From: Clostridia bacterium
GTDB taxonomy: Bacteria; Bacillota; Clostridia; UMGS1883
Assembly: GCA_017505525.1 (NCBI GenBank)
Contig: JAFVPB010000009.1
Coordinates: forward strand, 20,765-52,764
Length of the DNA stretch: 32,000 nt
Direction of reading: 5' to 3'
Every line of letters starts with the position of its first letter. Positions within the stretch are counted from its first letter, which is position 1. Shown one piece after another: positions 17,376 through 26,067 of the stretch. Position numbers and translations under genes: made by a program. The notes under the pieces were generated by a model, which ran no database searches, was not told the DNA's origin, and saw only the letters and a program-made list of their open reading frames with translations.

Positions 17376-17633
17376 CACTTTTATTTTTAAAAAAAGTGAT
17401 ATTCTTCCTTTTTTTTGAAATATATTCCTTTTTTACGAAAAGCACGAACATTTTCTAAAAGAAATTTTATTCTTTTCCATATTCTTTCTTACATCAATTT
17501 TACCAATATTTTTGCAAAATGTAAACGTATAATTTTTTTACATTTGTACAAATTTTTTACATTTAAGGTTTAATTCATACTTTTAAACAGTAAAAATCGT
17601 TTCAGCAGCAAAATTGACATGATTCTGCAAGCA

Positions 17634-17662
17634 TTGACAACAAACACATTTTTTTATATAAT
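17634..17662 (+). promoter_or_regulatory. SigA-type promoter for the LTA-synthase-family/GDPD operon.
   Basis: TTGACA (17634-17639), a 17-nt spacer, then TATAAT (17657-17662). Both hexamers match consensus, about 37 nt upstream of ATG 17699. Confidence 0.6.
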
Positions 17663-17698
17663 TAAAAAGTATTTTTTTATAAAAGGACGAATAAAATT

Positions 17699-19549
17699 AT
17701 GAAAAAAACGTTGTTTAAAAACCTATCTATTATAAGCATTCTTTTAGTATTGGCCTTAATTTTTATTTTTTTAAACCATGTAATCTCTTATCAAGGCTTT
17801 TATTTGAGTATTAAAATGATATTTTCCAATTTCATTCCTTTTATTTTTGAATTATTGATTTTTCTTGGTTTTTCGCTTATTCTATACTCATTATTAAATA
17901 AAATCTGGCTCTCGATACTTATAATCGAAATGACTTATTTAATTATTACACTTATAAGCAGTTTTAAAGAAAATATAAACGGAACTCCACTTCTTTTAAA
18001 GGATATTGAATTTGCAAAAAATCTGTCAGAACTTGCAGGATTTTCCTCCGGAAAATTAACGATTTCACTAATAACAGCAGTTATTATTATTTTAGTTATT
18101 GCATCATTGTTTCTGCTTTTTCTATGGAGTAAAAGTAAAGAAAAACTAAGTGTTAAAACAAGAATATCATTACTTTTAACAGGCGTTACAATCACGTTAT
18201 TTTTCTTTAATCCTCTTACTTACAGATTAAACTATAAAATTTCAAGGAACTACAGTGAAGAGGAAAAAATCAGTAATTACAGCGTTGTAAATGGTTTATA
18301 CTTTACACTTTCCTCAAACATTGCTACAAACTATAATCCAACAAAAAAAGAGATTGAAAATTTAAAAAAAGAAGTTGCTTACGCAACTGATAATTACACT
18401 TTTAATAATAAAGAGATAATCACTCCGAATGTGATTTTTATAATGTCGGAAGCATTTTTCGATATAACAGAGCTTCCAGACGTTTCGTATTCAGAAGACC
18501 CATGCCCTAATTTTCACGAATTAAGCAAAATTTCTACATCTGGAAAGTTTGTTTCCACAACGTTCTCTGGGGGTACGGGGTATGTTGAAGCAGAGGTTTT
18601 AACAGGACTGTGCGGAAAAAACCTTAAAGGTAGTTCTAATCTTACAGCTCTTTCAAATGATGTATATAATAAAATGCCTGTTATTACAGATGTGTTTAAA
18701 AATTATGGATATGAAACAACGTTTCTACATTCTTATAACAGCAACCTGTACAACAGGTTGAATATGTATAAAGGCTTTGGATTTGACAATATTTTCTTCG
18801 ATGATACCTTCCCATCTGATGTTACAAAGCACAATGAATTGATTTCTGACAGTGATTTGACAAAAAAAATTATATCACTTATTGAGTCAAAGAGTGATAA
18901 ACCAATGTTTATGTATGCCGTTTCTATGGAGAACCACTATCCCTATATAAATGGTAAATATGCTCCCAACGAAAGAATAGATGTTAAAAGCAAAAAACTT
19001 AGCGAAAACGAACTTGAGATTATGAATGCTCTCGCCGACGGTATAAATGGTGCTGATACAGCACTTGGAGAATTGGTCGACTATCTGAAAAATGAAGACG
19101 AGCCCTATATGGTTGTATTCTTTGGAGACCATCTCCCCAATCTTTCTACAACTGATGGTAAATCTGTTTATACTACGCTTGGTGTATCTTCTTCAACTGC
19201 AACTTCCACATGGCAACCTGAAGAATTATTTAAAATGCTTCAAACCGATTATCTTATCTGGACAAATTATGAAGAAGATGGAAACTATCCGGATAAAACC
19301 GAAGGGTGCACATTCCTTGGTTTAAGCGTTCTTAAAAGACTTGGTTTTAATTTAACTGATTATTATATTTATCTTGATTCTGTTATAGCAAAAAGCACTC
19401 TTATATACAGAGATCGTTTATTTGTTGATCAAAATAAAAAGTGCTACAAAACAATACCAGAAAACAAAATAGAATTAATGAATAATTATAAAACAGCTGT
19501 CCGTGATATAATTTACTCGGACAATGAAGTATTTAAAATAAACAGGTGA
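17699..19549 (+). CDS. LTA synthase family / sulfatase-like phosphoglycerol (alkaline-phosphatase superfamily) transferase, polytopic membrane protein.
   Basis: Full ORF of 616 aa. The N-terminal ~190 aa hold several hydrophobic helices. The extracytoplasmic sulfatase-type domain follows (PNVIFIMSEAFFD, TFSGGTGYVEAEVLTG with the candidate nucleophile Thr, VVFFGDHLP). Confidence 0.75.
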   Translation: MKKTLFKNLSIISILLVLALIFIFLNHVISYQGFYLSIKMIFSNFIPFIFELLIFLGFSLILYSLLNKIWLSILIIEMTYLIITLISSFKENINGTPLLLKDIEFAKNLSELAGFSSGKLTISLITAVIIILVIASLFLLFLWSKSKEKLSVKTRISLLLTGVTITLFFFNPLTYRLNYKISRNYSEEEKISNYSVVNGLYFTLSSNIATNYNPTKKEIENLKKEVAYATDNYTFNNKEIITPNVIFIMSEAFFDITELPDVSYSEDPCPNFHELSKISTSGKFVSTTFSGGTGYVEAEVLTGLCGKNLKGSSNLTALSNDVYNKMPVITDVFKNYGYETTFLHSYNSNLYNRLNMYKGFGFDNIFFDDTFPSDVTKHNELISDSDLTKKIISLIESKSDKPMFMYAVSMENHYPYINGKYAPNERIDVKSKKLSENELEIMNALADGINGADTALGELVDYLKNEDEPYMVVFFGDHLPNLSTTDGKSVYTTLGVSSSTATSTWQPEELFKMLQTDYLIWTNYEEDGNYPDKTEGCTFLGLSVLKRLGFNLTDYYIYLDSVIAKSTLIYRDRLFVDQNKKCYKTIPENKIELMNNYKTAVRDIIYSDNEVFKINR

Positions 19550-19555
19550 TTTATT

Positions 19556-20329
19556 ATGAAAAAAATATTGTTATCTATCATATGCTTTATAATTGCATTC
19601 AGCTTAGTTTCATGCAAAAAAAACATCGCGGAAACTTCTTCCCCTCCTGTTCTTATTGCTCATTCAGGCGGTCAAATATATGGATATAGATTAACCAATT
19701 CAAAAGAAGCTCTTGACCTTGCATATAAAAATGATTTCAGGCATATTGAGCTTGATTTTGAGATAACAAGCGATGGAGAATATGTTCTGTTACACGATTG
19801 GGAAAGCATGGCACAAAGAATGCTTGGCAAAAGCGGTATTTTAACAAAAGATGAATTTTTAAATTCCAAAGTTTTCAGAGATTTAACGCTTCTTGATTTT
19901 GATGGACTATTAAAATGGCTGAAAAAACATAACGATTGCTACATAATAACCGATGTAAAATGCGATAATATTCCATTTATTGATAAGATTGCTTCCTTGG
20001 AAAAACTTAAAGATAATTTTATTATACAAGCATATAGCTACGATGAATATTACTATGCTAAAAGCAAAGGTATTAAAAATGTCATCCTAACCCTTTACCG
20101 ATTTCTTCCTGTAGAATCAGAGGTTATTGAATTTGCAAAAGAAAACAATCCATGGGCTATAACTCTTTCTGAGTTTTATGCAACAGAATCTCTTCTAACT
20201 GCGCTTAAAGAAAACGGCACTCCCACCTATATGCATACTGTTAATGAATTATATATTTATGAAAAATATAGAGATTTAGGATTACACGGAATATATACAA
20301 ATTATTTTGAAGCAAACCATTGGGAATAA
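19556..20329 (+). CDS. Glycerophosphodiester phosphodiesterase (GDPD/PI-PLC-like) family lipoprotein, divergent.
   Basis: Full ORF of 257 aa. Lipoprotein signal MKKILLSIICFIIAFSLVS|C. AGGTGA RBS lies 7 nt upstream, and the gene starts 6 nt after the previous stop. GDPD-like core: VLIAHSGG...NSKEAL...FRHIELDFEITSDGEYVLLHDW. It has HSG where HRG is usual. Confidence 0.65.
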   Translation: MKKILLSIICFIIAFSLVSCKKNIAETSSPPVLIAHSGGQIYGYRLTNSKEALDLAYKNDFRHIELDFEITSDGEYVLLHDWESMAQRMLGKSGILTKDEFLNSKVFRDLTLLDFDGLLKWLKKHNDCYIITDVKCDNIPFIDKIASLEKLKDNFIIQAYSYDEYYYAKSKGIKNVILTLYRFLPVESEVIEFAKENNPWAITLSEFYATESLLTALKENGTPTYMHTVNELYIYEKYRDLGLHGIYTNYFEANHWE

Positions 20330-20330
20330 A

Positions 20331-20371
20331 AACAAGGCTGTAAAGTACTTTCATTTTACATCCTTGTTTTT
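20331..20371 (+). terminator. Intrinsic terminator after the GDPD-like gene.
   Basis: AACAAGG-c-TGTAAA ... TTTACA-t-CCTTGTT forms a composite stem (20331-20368), followed by TTT. It begins directly after the stop at 20329. Confidence 0.7.
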
Positions 20372-20433
20372 AGCAAAGGATAATGATTTTTGTAATATTT
20401 TTAATGGTTTCGTATATTTTGTGTAAATTTATG

Positions 20434-20462
20434 TTGTATTATAGCATATTTTGTGGTAAAAT
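20434..20462 (+). promoter_or_regulatory. Candidate promoter (TTGTAT, 17 nt, TG-n-TAAAAT extended -10) for the acyltransferase-like/ligase pair.
   Basis: TTGTAT at 20434-20439, TGG at 20454-20456, TAAAAT at 20457-20462. GAGGTGG RBS lies 4-5 nt before ATG 20502. Confidence 0.4.
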
Positions 20463-20501
20463 ATGAATAGTTTGTAAATAAATATACTATAGAGGTGGAT
20501 T

Positions 20502-21368
20502 ATGAAAAAGTTTGGCGACAGAAAAGATGGTGTACTCTTAAAAGACATTGATTCAATGCACTTTATTACCCCTATTATATTTCCGAACAGGGCTGATAAC
20601 GAAGCATTCATTTCAGAAAGAATTGATTTGACTAATATTAACAAATATTTAGAACAAAAAAATGCAGAAAATCCGGAATATAAATATAATTTATTTCAGA
20701 TAATTGTAACTGCTCTTTTAAAAACAATTACTTTAAGGCCACAAATGAATCGTTTTATAGCAAATAAGAATATATATCATAAAAACGAAATTTCTGCAGC
20801 TTTTACTATTAAAAAAGTTTTTTCCGATACAAGCGAGGAAGCCCTTGCTTTTATACATTCAAAAGATACGGATAATATCGAAACAGTACATAACGATATA
20901 TTCCGTCAGGTATCTCACGTTAGAAAAAGCGTATCCTCTAAGGATAAAACATCCGATGTTATGGATTATTTAAATAAATTACCAAGGTTTATTTCAAAAA
21001 GCGTGGTATCGCTTATGTATTTACTTGATAAACATGGGATGGTTCCATCTTCACTTATAGCAACAGATCCTTATCATGCATCAGTTTTGATTTCAAATCT
21101 TGGCTCAATTAAATTAAAATCCGGATATCATCATTTGTCTAATTGGGGCACAACGTCTGTTTTTGTTGTTATCGGAGAAAAGAAAATCAGGCCATTTTTT
21201 AACGAAGATGGTACATACACAATGAAAGACAGCGTTGACATAGGATTAACGGTTGACGAAAGAATTGCCGATGGATATTATTTTTCGAAAACTATCCGTT
21301 TATTAAAAAAGCTACTTGAAAATCCCGAATTGCTTGAAAAATCTTTTAAAGAAGAGGTTGACTATTAA
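20502..21368 (+). CDS. Stand-alone 2-oxoacid-dehydrogenase E2 / CAT-fold acyltransferase catalytic-domain-like protein (no lipoyl or subunit-binding domains).
   Basis: Full ORF of 288 aa. The C-terminal half matches the E2 catalytic-domain pattern: VLISNLGSIKL...SVFVVIGE...IGLTVDERIADGYYFSKTIRLLKKLLENPELL. Compare the canonical ..SNLG......aIL.vG......lslS.DHRviDGa..a.F...l...le.P..ll. Confidence 0.65.
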   Translation: MKKFGDRKDGVLLKDIDSMHFITPIIFPNRADNEAFISERIDLTNINKYLEQKNAENPEYKYNLFQIIVTALLKTITLRPQMNRFIANKNIYHKNEISAAFTIKKVFSDTSEEALAFIHSKDTDNIETVHNDIFRQVSHVRKSVSSKDKTSDVMDYLNKLPRFISKSVVSLMYLLDKHGMVPSSLIATDPYHASVLISNLGSIKLKSGYHHLSNWGTTSVFVVIGEKKIRPFFNEDGTYTMKDSVDIGLTVDERIADGYYFSKTIRLLKKLLENPELLEKSFKEEVDY

Positions 21369-23104
21369 TGGAAATTTTAGCTAAAACTCCATGGAAAAAT
21401 AGTTGGGGCGATATTCCTTTAACTCTTGATTATTTTAAAGGAACCATGTTTGAAGCAGTTGAAAAAATTGCCGAAAAGTATCCTAAAAATGTTGCTTTTG
21501 ACTTTATGGGTGCACCCACTACATATTCTAAACTTGTAGAAGAAGTAAAGAAGTGTGCTAAATCGCTTAAAACAATAGGTGTTCGGGAAGGAGACAAGGT
21601 TACAATTGCTCTCCCCAACTGCCCACAGGCTATATACGTTTTTTATGCTGTTAATCTGGTTGGCGGTGTAGCTAATATGATACATCCGCTTTCAGCTGAA
21701 AACGAAATTGAATTTTATTTAAATGAATCTGAAAGCGTTACAGCTATAACACTTGATCAGTTTTACAACAAATTCGAAAGTGTACGACACAAAACTAAAG
21801 TTTTGAACATTGTAATCGCAAGCATAAAAGATGAACTTTCTAAGCCTATAAAAGCCGGTTATATGCTTACAGAAGGTAGAAAAATCAAAAAAATTCCTTC
21901 AGATGCGCCTATAATCAGATGGCAGGAATTTATAAAGCTTGGAAAGCATTGTTTTTATAATTATGCCGTTAAAAGAAATGCGGATGATCCTGCGGTTATT
22001 CTCTACTCAGGAGGGACAACGGGAACCTCAAAGGGCATTGTGCTTACTAACTACAATTTTAATGCTCTTGGTCAGCAGATAATTGCAACTAACCCAATGT
22101 TTTCTCCCGGAGATAAAATGCTTGCTGCTATGCCACTTTTCCACGGCTTTGGTTTAGGCGTTTGTGTTCACTCGATGCTTTCAAACGGTGGAAGATGTGT
22201 TCTTGTTCCTCGCTTCACCCCAAAAAGCTATGGAAAACTTATTACAAAACATAAGTGCAACTTTATTGCTGGTGTCCCAACGCTTTACGAAGCTCTTTTA
22301 CGTCTTCCTTCTATGGAAAAAGCTGATTTAAGTGCTCTTAAAGGTGTTTTCTCAGGTGGAGATTCGCTTTCTTTTGAACTTAAAAAGAAACTTGATAAAT
22401 TTCTTTATGATCATCACTGTATGATACAAGTGCGTGAAGGATATGGAACAACTGAAACTGTTACTGCTTGTTGTCTCACTCCCCCACACATATATAAGAA
22501 AGGAAGCATCGGCATACCTCTTCCCGATACATACATAAAAATTGTAGAACCAAATACAGACATTGAACTTCCTTATGGCGAAGAGGGAGAAATTCTTCTT
22601 GCAGGACCAACAGTTATGAAAGAATATATGAATCATCCTGAAGAAACTGCCGTAACACTCAGAAATCATGCTGACGGATTAAGGTGGGTTTATACTGGGG
22701 ATTTGGGTTATATGGACAATGAAGGATTTATCTATTTTAAAGGTAGAGCTAAAAGAATGATTATTACTTCCGGTTATAATGTATACCCTGCTCAGCTTGA
22801 GAATATTCTTGATTCTCATGAATTTGTGCAAATGAGTTGTATTATAGGTATTCCTGATCCATATAAAATCAAAAAAGTTAAGGCTTATGTGAAACTAGCC
22901 CAAGGCGTAAAGGCAAATGACGATACTAAAGAGGCTTTAATGGAGCATTGCAAAAAAAATGTAGCAAAATACGCTATGCCGTGCGATATTGAATTCAGAG
23001 ATGAATTACCTAAAACCTTAGTAGGCAAAGTTGCGTATCGTGAACTTGAAGAAGCTGAACTTAAAAAATATGAAGAATCTCATAAAGAAACTGTATTATT
23101 ATAA
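21368..23104 (+). CDS. AMP-binding acyl-CoA/acyl-AMP ligase (long-chain fatty-acid--CoA ligase-like).
   Basis: Full ORF of 578 aa. The start overlaps the previous stop (TAATG, 21366-21370). ANL-superfamily motifs are present: ILYSGGTTGTSKGIVLTN, REGYGTTE, YTGDLGYMDNEGFIYFKGRAKRMI, LPKTLVGKV. Confidence 0.85.
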   Translation: MEILAKTPWKNSWGDIPLTLDYFKGTMFEAVEKIAEKYPKNVAFDFMGAPTTYSKLVEEVKKCAKSLKTIGVREGDKVTIALPNCPQAIYVFYAVNLVGGVANMIHPLSAENEIEFYLNESESVTAITLDQFYNKFESVRHKTKVLNIVIASIKDELSKPIKAGYMLTEGRKIKKIPSDAPIIRWQEFIKLGKHCFYNYAVKRNADDPAVILYSGGTTGTSKGIVLTNYNFNALGQQIIATNPMFSPGDKMLAAMPLFHGFGLGVCVHSMLSNGGRCVLVPRFTPKSYGKLITKHKCNFIAGVPTLYEALLRLPSMEKADLSALKGVFSGGDSLSFELKKKLDKFLYDHHCMIQVREGYGTTETVTACCLTPPHIYKKGSIGIPLPDTYIKIVEPNTDIELPYGEEGEILLAGPTVMKEYMNHPEETAVTLRNHADGLRWVYTGDLGYMDNEGFIYFKGRAKRMIITSGYNVYPAQLENILDSHEFVQMSCIIGIPDPYKIKKVKAYVKLAQGVKANDDTKEALMEHCKKNVAKYAMPCDIEFRDELPKTLVGKVAYRELEEAELKKYEESHKETVLL

Positions 23105-23132
23105 AAGTTTTAAGAGTATCATAATAGCACAT

Positions 23133-23170
23133 AAAACAAGAACCAAGGCTATGGCCTTGGTTCTTGTTTT
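23133..23170. terminator. Bidirectional intrinsic terminator between the convergent ligase (+) and pckA (-) genes.
   Basis: AAAACAAGAACCAAGGC (23133-23149), tatg loop, GCCTTGGTTCTTGTTTT (23154-23170). This is a perfect 17-bp inverted repeat with an A-tract on one side and a T-tract on the other. Confidence 0.85.
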
Positions 23171-23183
23171 ATAATATTTAAAA

Positions 23184-24788
23184 TTAAAGTTCTGGTCCGG
23201 CACTTACAAGTGCTTTACCTGCATCGTTACCTGTATACTTATCAAAGTTCTTAACGAAGCGAGTTGCAAGATCTTTTGCTTTTTCTTCCCATTCAGCTGC
23301 ATTTTCATATGTGTCGCGAGGATCTAAGATTCCTGAATCAACACCTGGAAGTGCTGTGGGAACTGCAAGATTGAAGAAAGGAATTTCCTTTGTTTCTGCC
23401 TTTAAGATAGAACCATCTAAAATAGCATCGATAATTCCTCTTGTATCTTTAATAGAGATACGCTTACCTGTACCGTTCCAGCCTGTGTTTACAAGATATG
23501 CCTTAGCACCGCTCTTTTCCATCTTTTTAACAAGTTCTTCAGCATACTTTGTAGGATGAAGCTCTAAGAATGCCTGACCGAAGCAAGCAGAGAATGTTGG
23601 TGTAGGTTCTGTAATTCCGCGCTCTGTTCCTGCAAGCTTTGATGTGAAGCCTGAAAGGAAATAGTACTGTGCCTGTTCAGGTGTAAGAATTGAAACAGGA
23701 GGAAGCACTCCGAAAGCATCTGCTGAAAGGAAGATAACGTTCTTTGCATCGGGAGCTGCAGATACAGGACGAACAATCTTTTCAATGTGATCGATCGGGT
23801 AAGAAACACGTGTGTTTTCTGTTACTGAATCGTCAGCAAAATCTAAAACTCCGTTTTCATCAACTGTAACGTTTTCTAAAAGAGCGTTACGCTTAATAGC
23901 ATTGAAAATATCAGGTTCTGATTCCTTATCGAGGTTAATAACCTTCGCATAGCAGCCGCCTTCAAAGTTGAATACGCCGTTATCGTCCCAGCCATGTTCG
24001 TCGTCGCCGATTAAAAGACGCTTAGGATCTGTTGAAAGAGTTGTTTTACCTGTTCCTGAAAGACCGAAGAAAAGAGCTGTGTTCTTTCCTTCCATATCTG
24101 TGTTTGCACTACAGTGCATTGAAGCCATTCCGTTAAGAGGCAAGAAGTAGTTCATCATTGAGAACATACCCTTTTTCATTTCGCCGCCGTACCAGGTGTT
24201 TAAGATAACCTGTTCACGTGAAGTGATGTTGAACACTGCAGCTGTTTCAGAGTTAAGACCTAATTCCTTGTAGTTTTCAACCTTTGCTTTTGATGCGTTA
24301 TAGCAAACAAAATCAGGTTCAAACTTTTCAAGTTCTTCAGCACTGGGGTTGATAAACATATTCTTAACGAAGTGAGCCTGCCAAGCAACTTCCATAATGA
24401 ATCTGATCGACATTCTTGAATCTTCGTTAGCGCCGCAGAAAACGTCTACAACATAGAGTTTCTTATCTGAAAGCTGCTTAACAGCTAAATCTTTAAGAAC
24501 CTTCCATGTTTCTTCGCTGCAGGGGTGGTTGTCGTTTTTGAATTCGTCTGATGTCCACCAAACAGTGTCTTTTGAGTTTTCATCCATAACGATGAACTTG
24601 TCTTTGGGAGAACGACCTGTGTAAATACCTGTCATTACGTTTACAGCACCAAGTTCAGTTTCCTGACCTCTTTCAAAGCCTTCTAAAGAAGGATCTGTTT
24701 CCGCTGCAAATAATTCTTCGTATGAAGGATTGTGAATAACCTCCTTCACACCTGTGATTCCGTACTTTGTTAAATCAATAGATTTCAT
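23184..24788 (-). CDS. pckA: Phosphoenolpyruvate carboxykinase (ATP).
   Basis: Full ORF of 534 aa. The N-terminus is typical of ATP-PEPCK (LTKYGI...[11 protein letters not shown]). Kinase-1a P-loop [13 protein letters not shown] is present, followed by LIGDDEHGW. The length is also typical of the family. Confidence 0.9.
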   Translation of the reverse strand: MKSIDLTKYGITGVKEVIHNPSYEELFAAETDPSLEGFERGQETELGAVNVMTGIYTGRSPKDKFIVMDENSKDTVWWTSDEFKNDNHPCSEETWKVLKDLAVKQLSDKKLYVVDVFCGANEDSRMSIRFIMEVAWQAHFVKNMFINPSAEELEKFEPDFVCYNASKAKVENYKELGLNSETAAVFNITSREQVILNTWYGGEMKKGMFSMMNYFLPLNGMASMHCSANTDMEGKNTALFFGLSGTGKTTLSTDPKRLLIGDDEHGWDDNGVFNFEGGCYAKVINLDKESEPDIFNAIKRNALLENVTVDENGVLDFADDSVTENTRVSYPIDHIEKIVRPVSAAPDAKNVIFLSADAFGVLPPVSILTPEQAQYYFLSGFTSKLAGTERGITEPTPTFSACFGQAFLELHPTKYAEELVKKMEKSGAKAYLVNTGWNGTGKRISIKDTRGIIDAILDGSILKAETKEIPFFNLAVPTALPGVDSGILDPRDTYENAAEWEEKAKDLATRFVKNFDKYTGNDAGKALVSAGPEL

Positions 24789-24817
24789 ACAAAAATTCCT
24801 TTCTTTTATAAATTTAA

Positions 24818-26050
24818 TTAAAATAAAATTATTATAAACTGAGATGCAAATACTACTGCAACAAGTGCAATAGGATATGTAGCTGCATAAGCTGCTGCCA
24901 CATCTTCTGTGCCTGCCACGTGAATAAGAGTTCCCAATGCAGGCGTACTTGTCATACCGCCTGTGATTGAACCCAGGGTGTTAAGCACATTGATTTTAAG
25001 AATATATTTTGCAAAAATAAAACCAATAATCATAGGAAGAGTTGTCATTATCACACCATAGATGAAATAATCTATTTTAAACTCCTGAACAAATCTTGCA
25101 CCGCCGGAGATACCCGCACCTGCAAGGAAAAGGACAAGACCGAGCTCTCTGAACACCTTAAGAGTTGGCGCAGGGGGCATAACATTAACTTTGCCGATTT
25201 TACCAAAATGACCAAAAGCAAGAGATGCAAGAAGGCATCCGCCTGTGGTGGTTAAAGAAAATGTTGTGCCGTTAAGGCCTTGTGAGGAAAGCGGAATTTT
25301 TACCATACCTATGAAAATTCCTATAAGTGCTGCAATCGCAAAAGGAGCAATACCGTAATCATCAAGTTGGATTAATTTGCCACCTGATTTTTCAGAGGCT
25401 GCAGCACTTTCTTTGGCAACAAGCTTTGCACGTTCTTCATCCATATTTACCTTTAATATTTTAGGCATAAGCTGAACAAATAATACAACACCTATAACGC
25501 CGAAAATGTATGCAATACCATAGCCTACGGAAACAAGCTGCTCCATTTCAGGGCTTGAAACTGATGCTTTAGCTGCTGAAAATGCAGGTGTGGAAGTAAG
25601 CGCACCGGCAAACAAGCCTGAAACAATTGCAGAAAGTCTTTCCATATCGGTTTCACCCATAAGCTTTCCTACAAACACACAACCAACCGCAACAAGCGCA
25701 CCTGATAATATAATAACCAATCCAAGCAACACATATGATGTGAAATTTTTCTTCATATTGCTGAAAAATTTGGGGCCTGCAATAAATCCAACCGCTGCGA
25801 CAAAAAGAACAAGGCCAAGGTTTTCAACAATTTTCAAAGCATTTGTTGTATAACCCGAAAGCTGAGCATCAAGGTCGTCATAAAACAAACATCCAAATAT
25901 AAGAGCAATTATAAACACTCCTGCAGAACCAAGTGATACACCCTTTATTGTTATTCTACCAAGTGCATATCCAACTGCTAAAATAGTAAAAATACAAAAC
26001 ATCAAAAATGTTATTCCCGTAATCGGGATAACTCCGCCAAACAAGCTCAT
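24818..26050 (-). CDS. AAEx-family (AspT/YidE/YbjL/SucE-type, Asp-Al_Ex duplication) transporter lacking the cytoplasmic RCK_C/TrkA_C insert; possible C4-dicarboxylate (succinate/aspartate) exporter or exchanger.
   Basis: Full ORF of 410 aa, hydrophobic throughout. The N-terminal half starts ...[31 protein letters not shown], the signature of the Asp-Al_Ex repeat. A second, related half follows a short charged loop ([22 protein letters not shown]). GGAGGT RBS is present. The gene starts 17 nt after the flavoprotein stop. Confidence 0.6.
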   Translation of the reverse strand: MSLFGGVIPITGITFLMFCIFTILAVGYALGRITIKGVSLGSAGVFIIALIFGCLFYDDLDAQLSGYTTNALKIVENLGLVLFVAAVGFIAGPKFFSNMKKNFTSYVLLGLVIILSGALVAVGCVFVGKLMGETDMERLSAIVSGLFAGALTSTPAFSAAKASVSSPEMEQLVSVGYGIAYIFGVIGVVLFVQLMPKILKVNMDEERAKLVAKESAAASEKSGGKLIQLDDYGIAPFAIAALIGIFIGMVKIPLSSQGLNGTTFSLTTTGGCLLASLAFGHFGKIGKVNVMPPAPTLKVFRELGLVLFLAGAGISGGARFVQEFKIDYFIYGVIMTTLPMIIGFIFAKYILKINVLNTLGSITGGMTSTPALGTLIHVAGTEDVAAAYAATYPIALVAVVFASQFIIILF

Positions 26051-26067
26051 ACTATTACCTCCTGAAA

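Noticed and set aside
17371-17401. Imperfect inverted repeat TATCACACTTTT...AAAAAGTGATA as a terminator or an inverton boundary.
   Set aside because: The arms are almost pure A/T apart from ATCAC/GTGAT, and the loop is A/T. No recombinase gene is nearby and no second distant inverted-repeat partner exists. It more likely belongs to the A/T-rich promoter-upstream region.
17356-17418. 20-codon mini-ORF (MYIKLYHTFIFKKSDILPFF) in the divergent spacer.
   Set aside because: It has no Shine-Dalgarno sequence. It starts inside the palindrome and is composed of AT-rich codons, so it is most likely a chance ORF.
20429-20644. 71-aa minus-strand ORF spanning the promoter and start of the acyltransferase-like gene.
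   Set aside because: It overlaps a well-supported plus-strand start with RBS. It has no RBS of its own and its hydrophobic, low-complexity sequence has no motifs.
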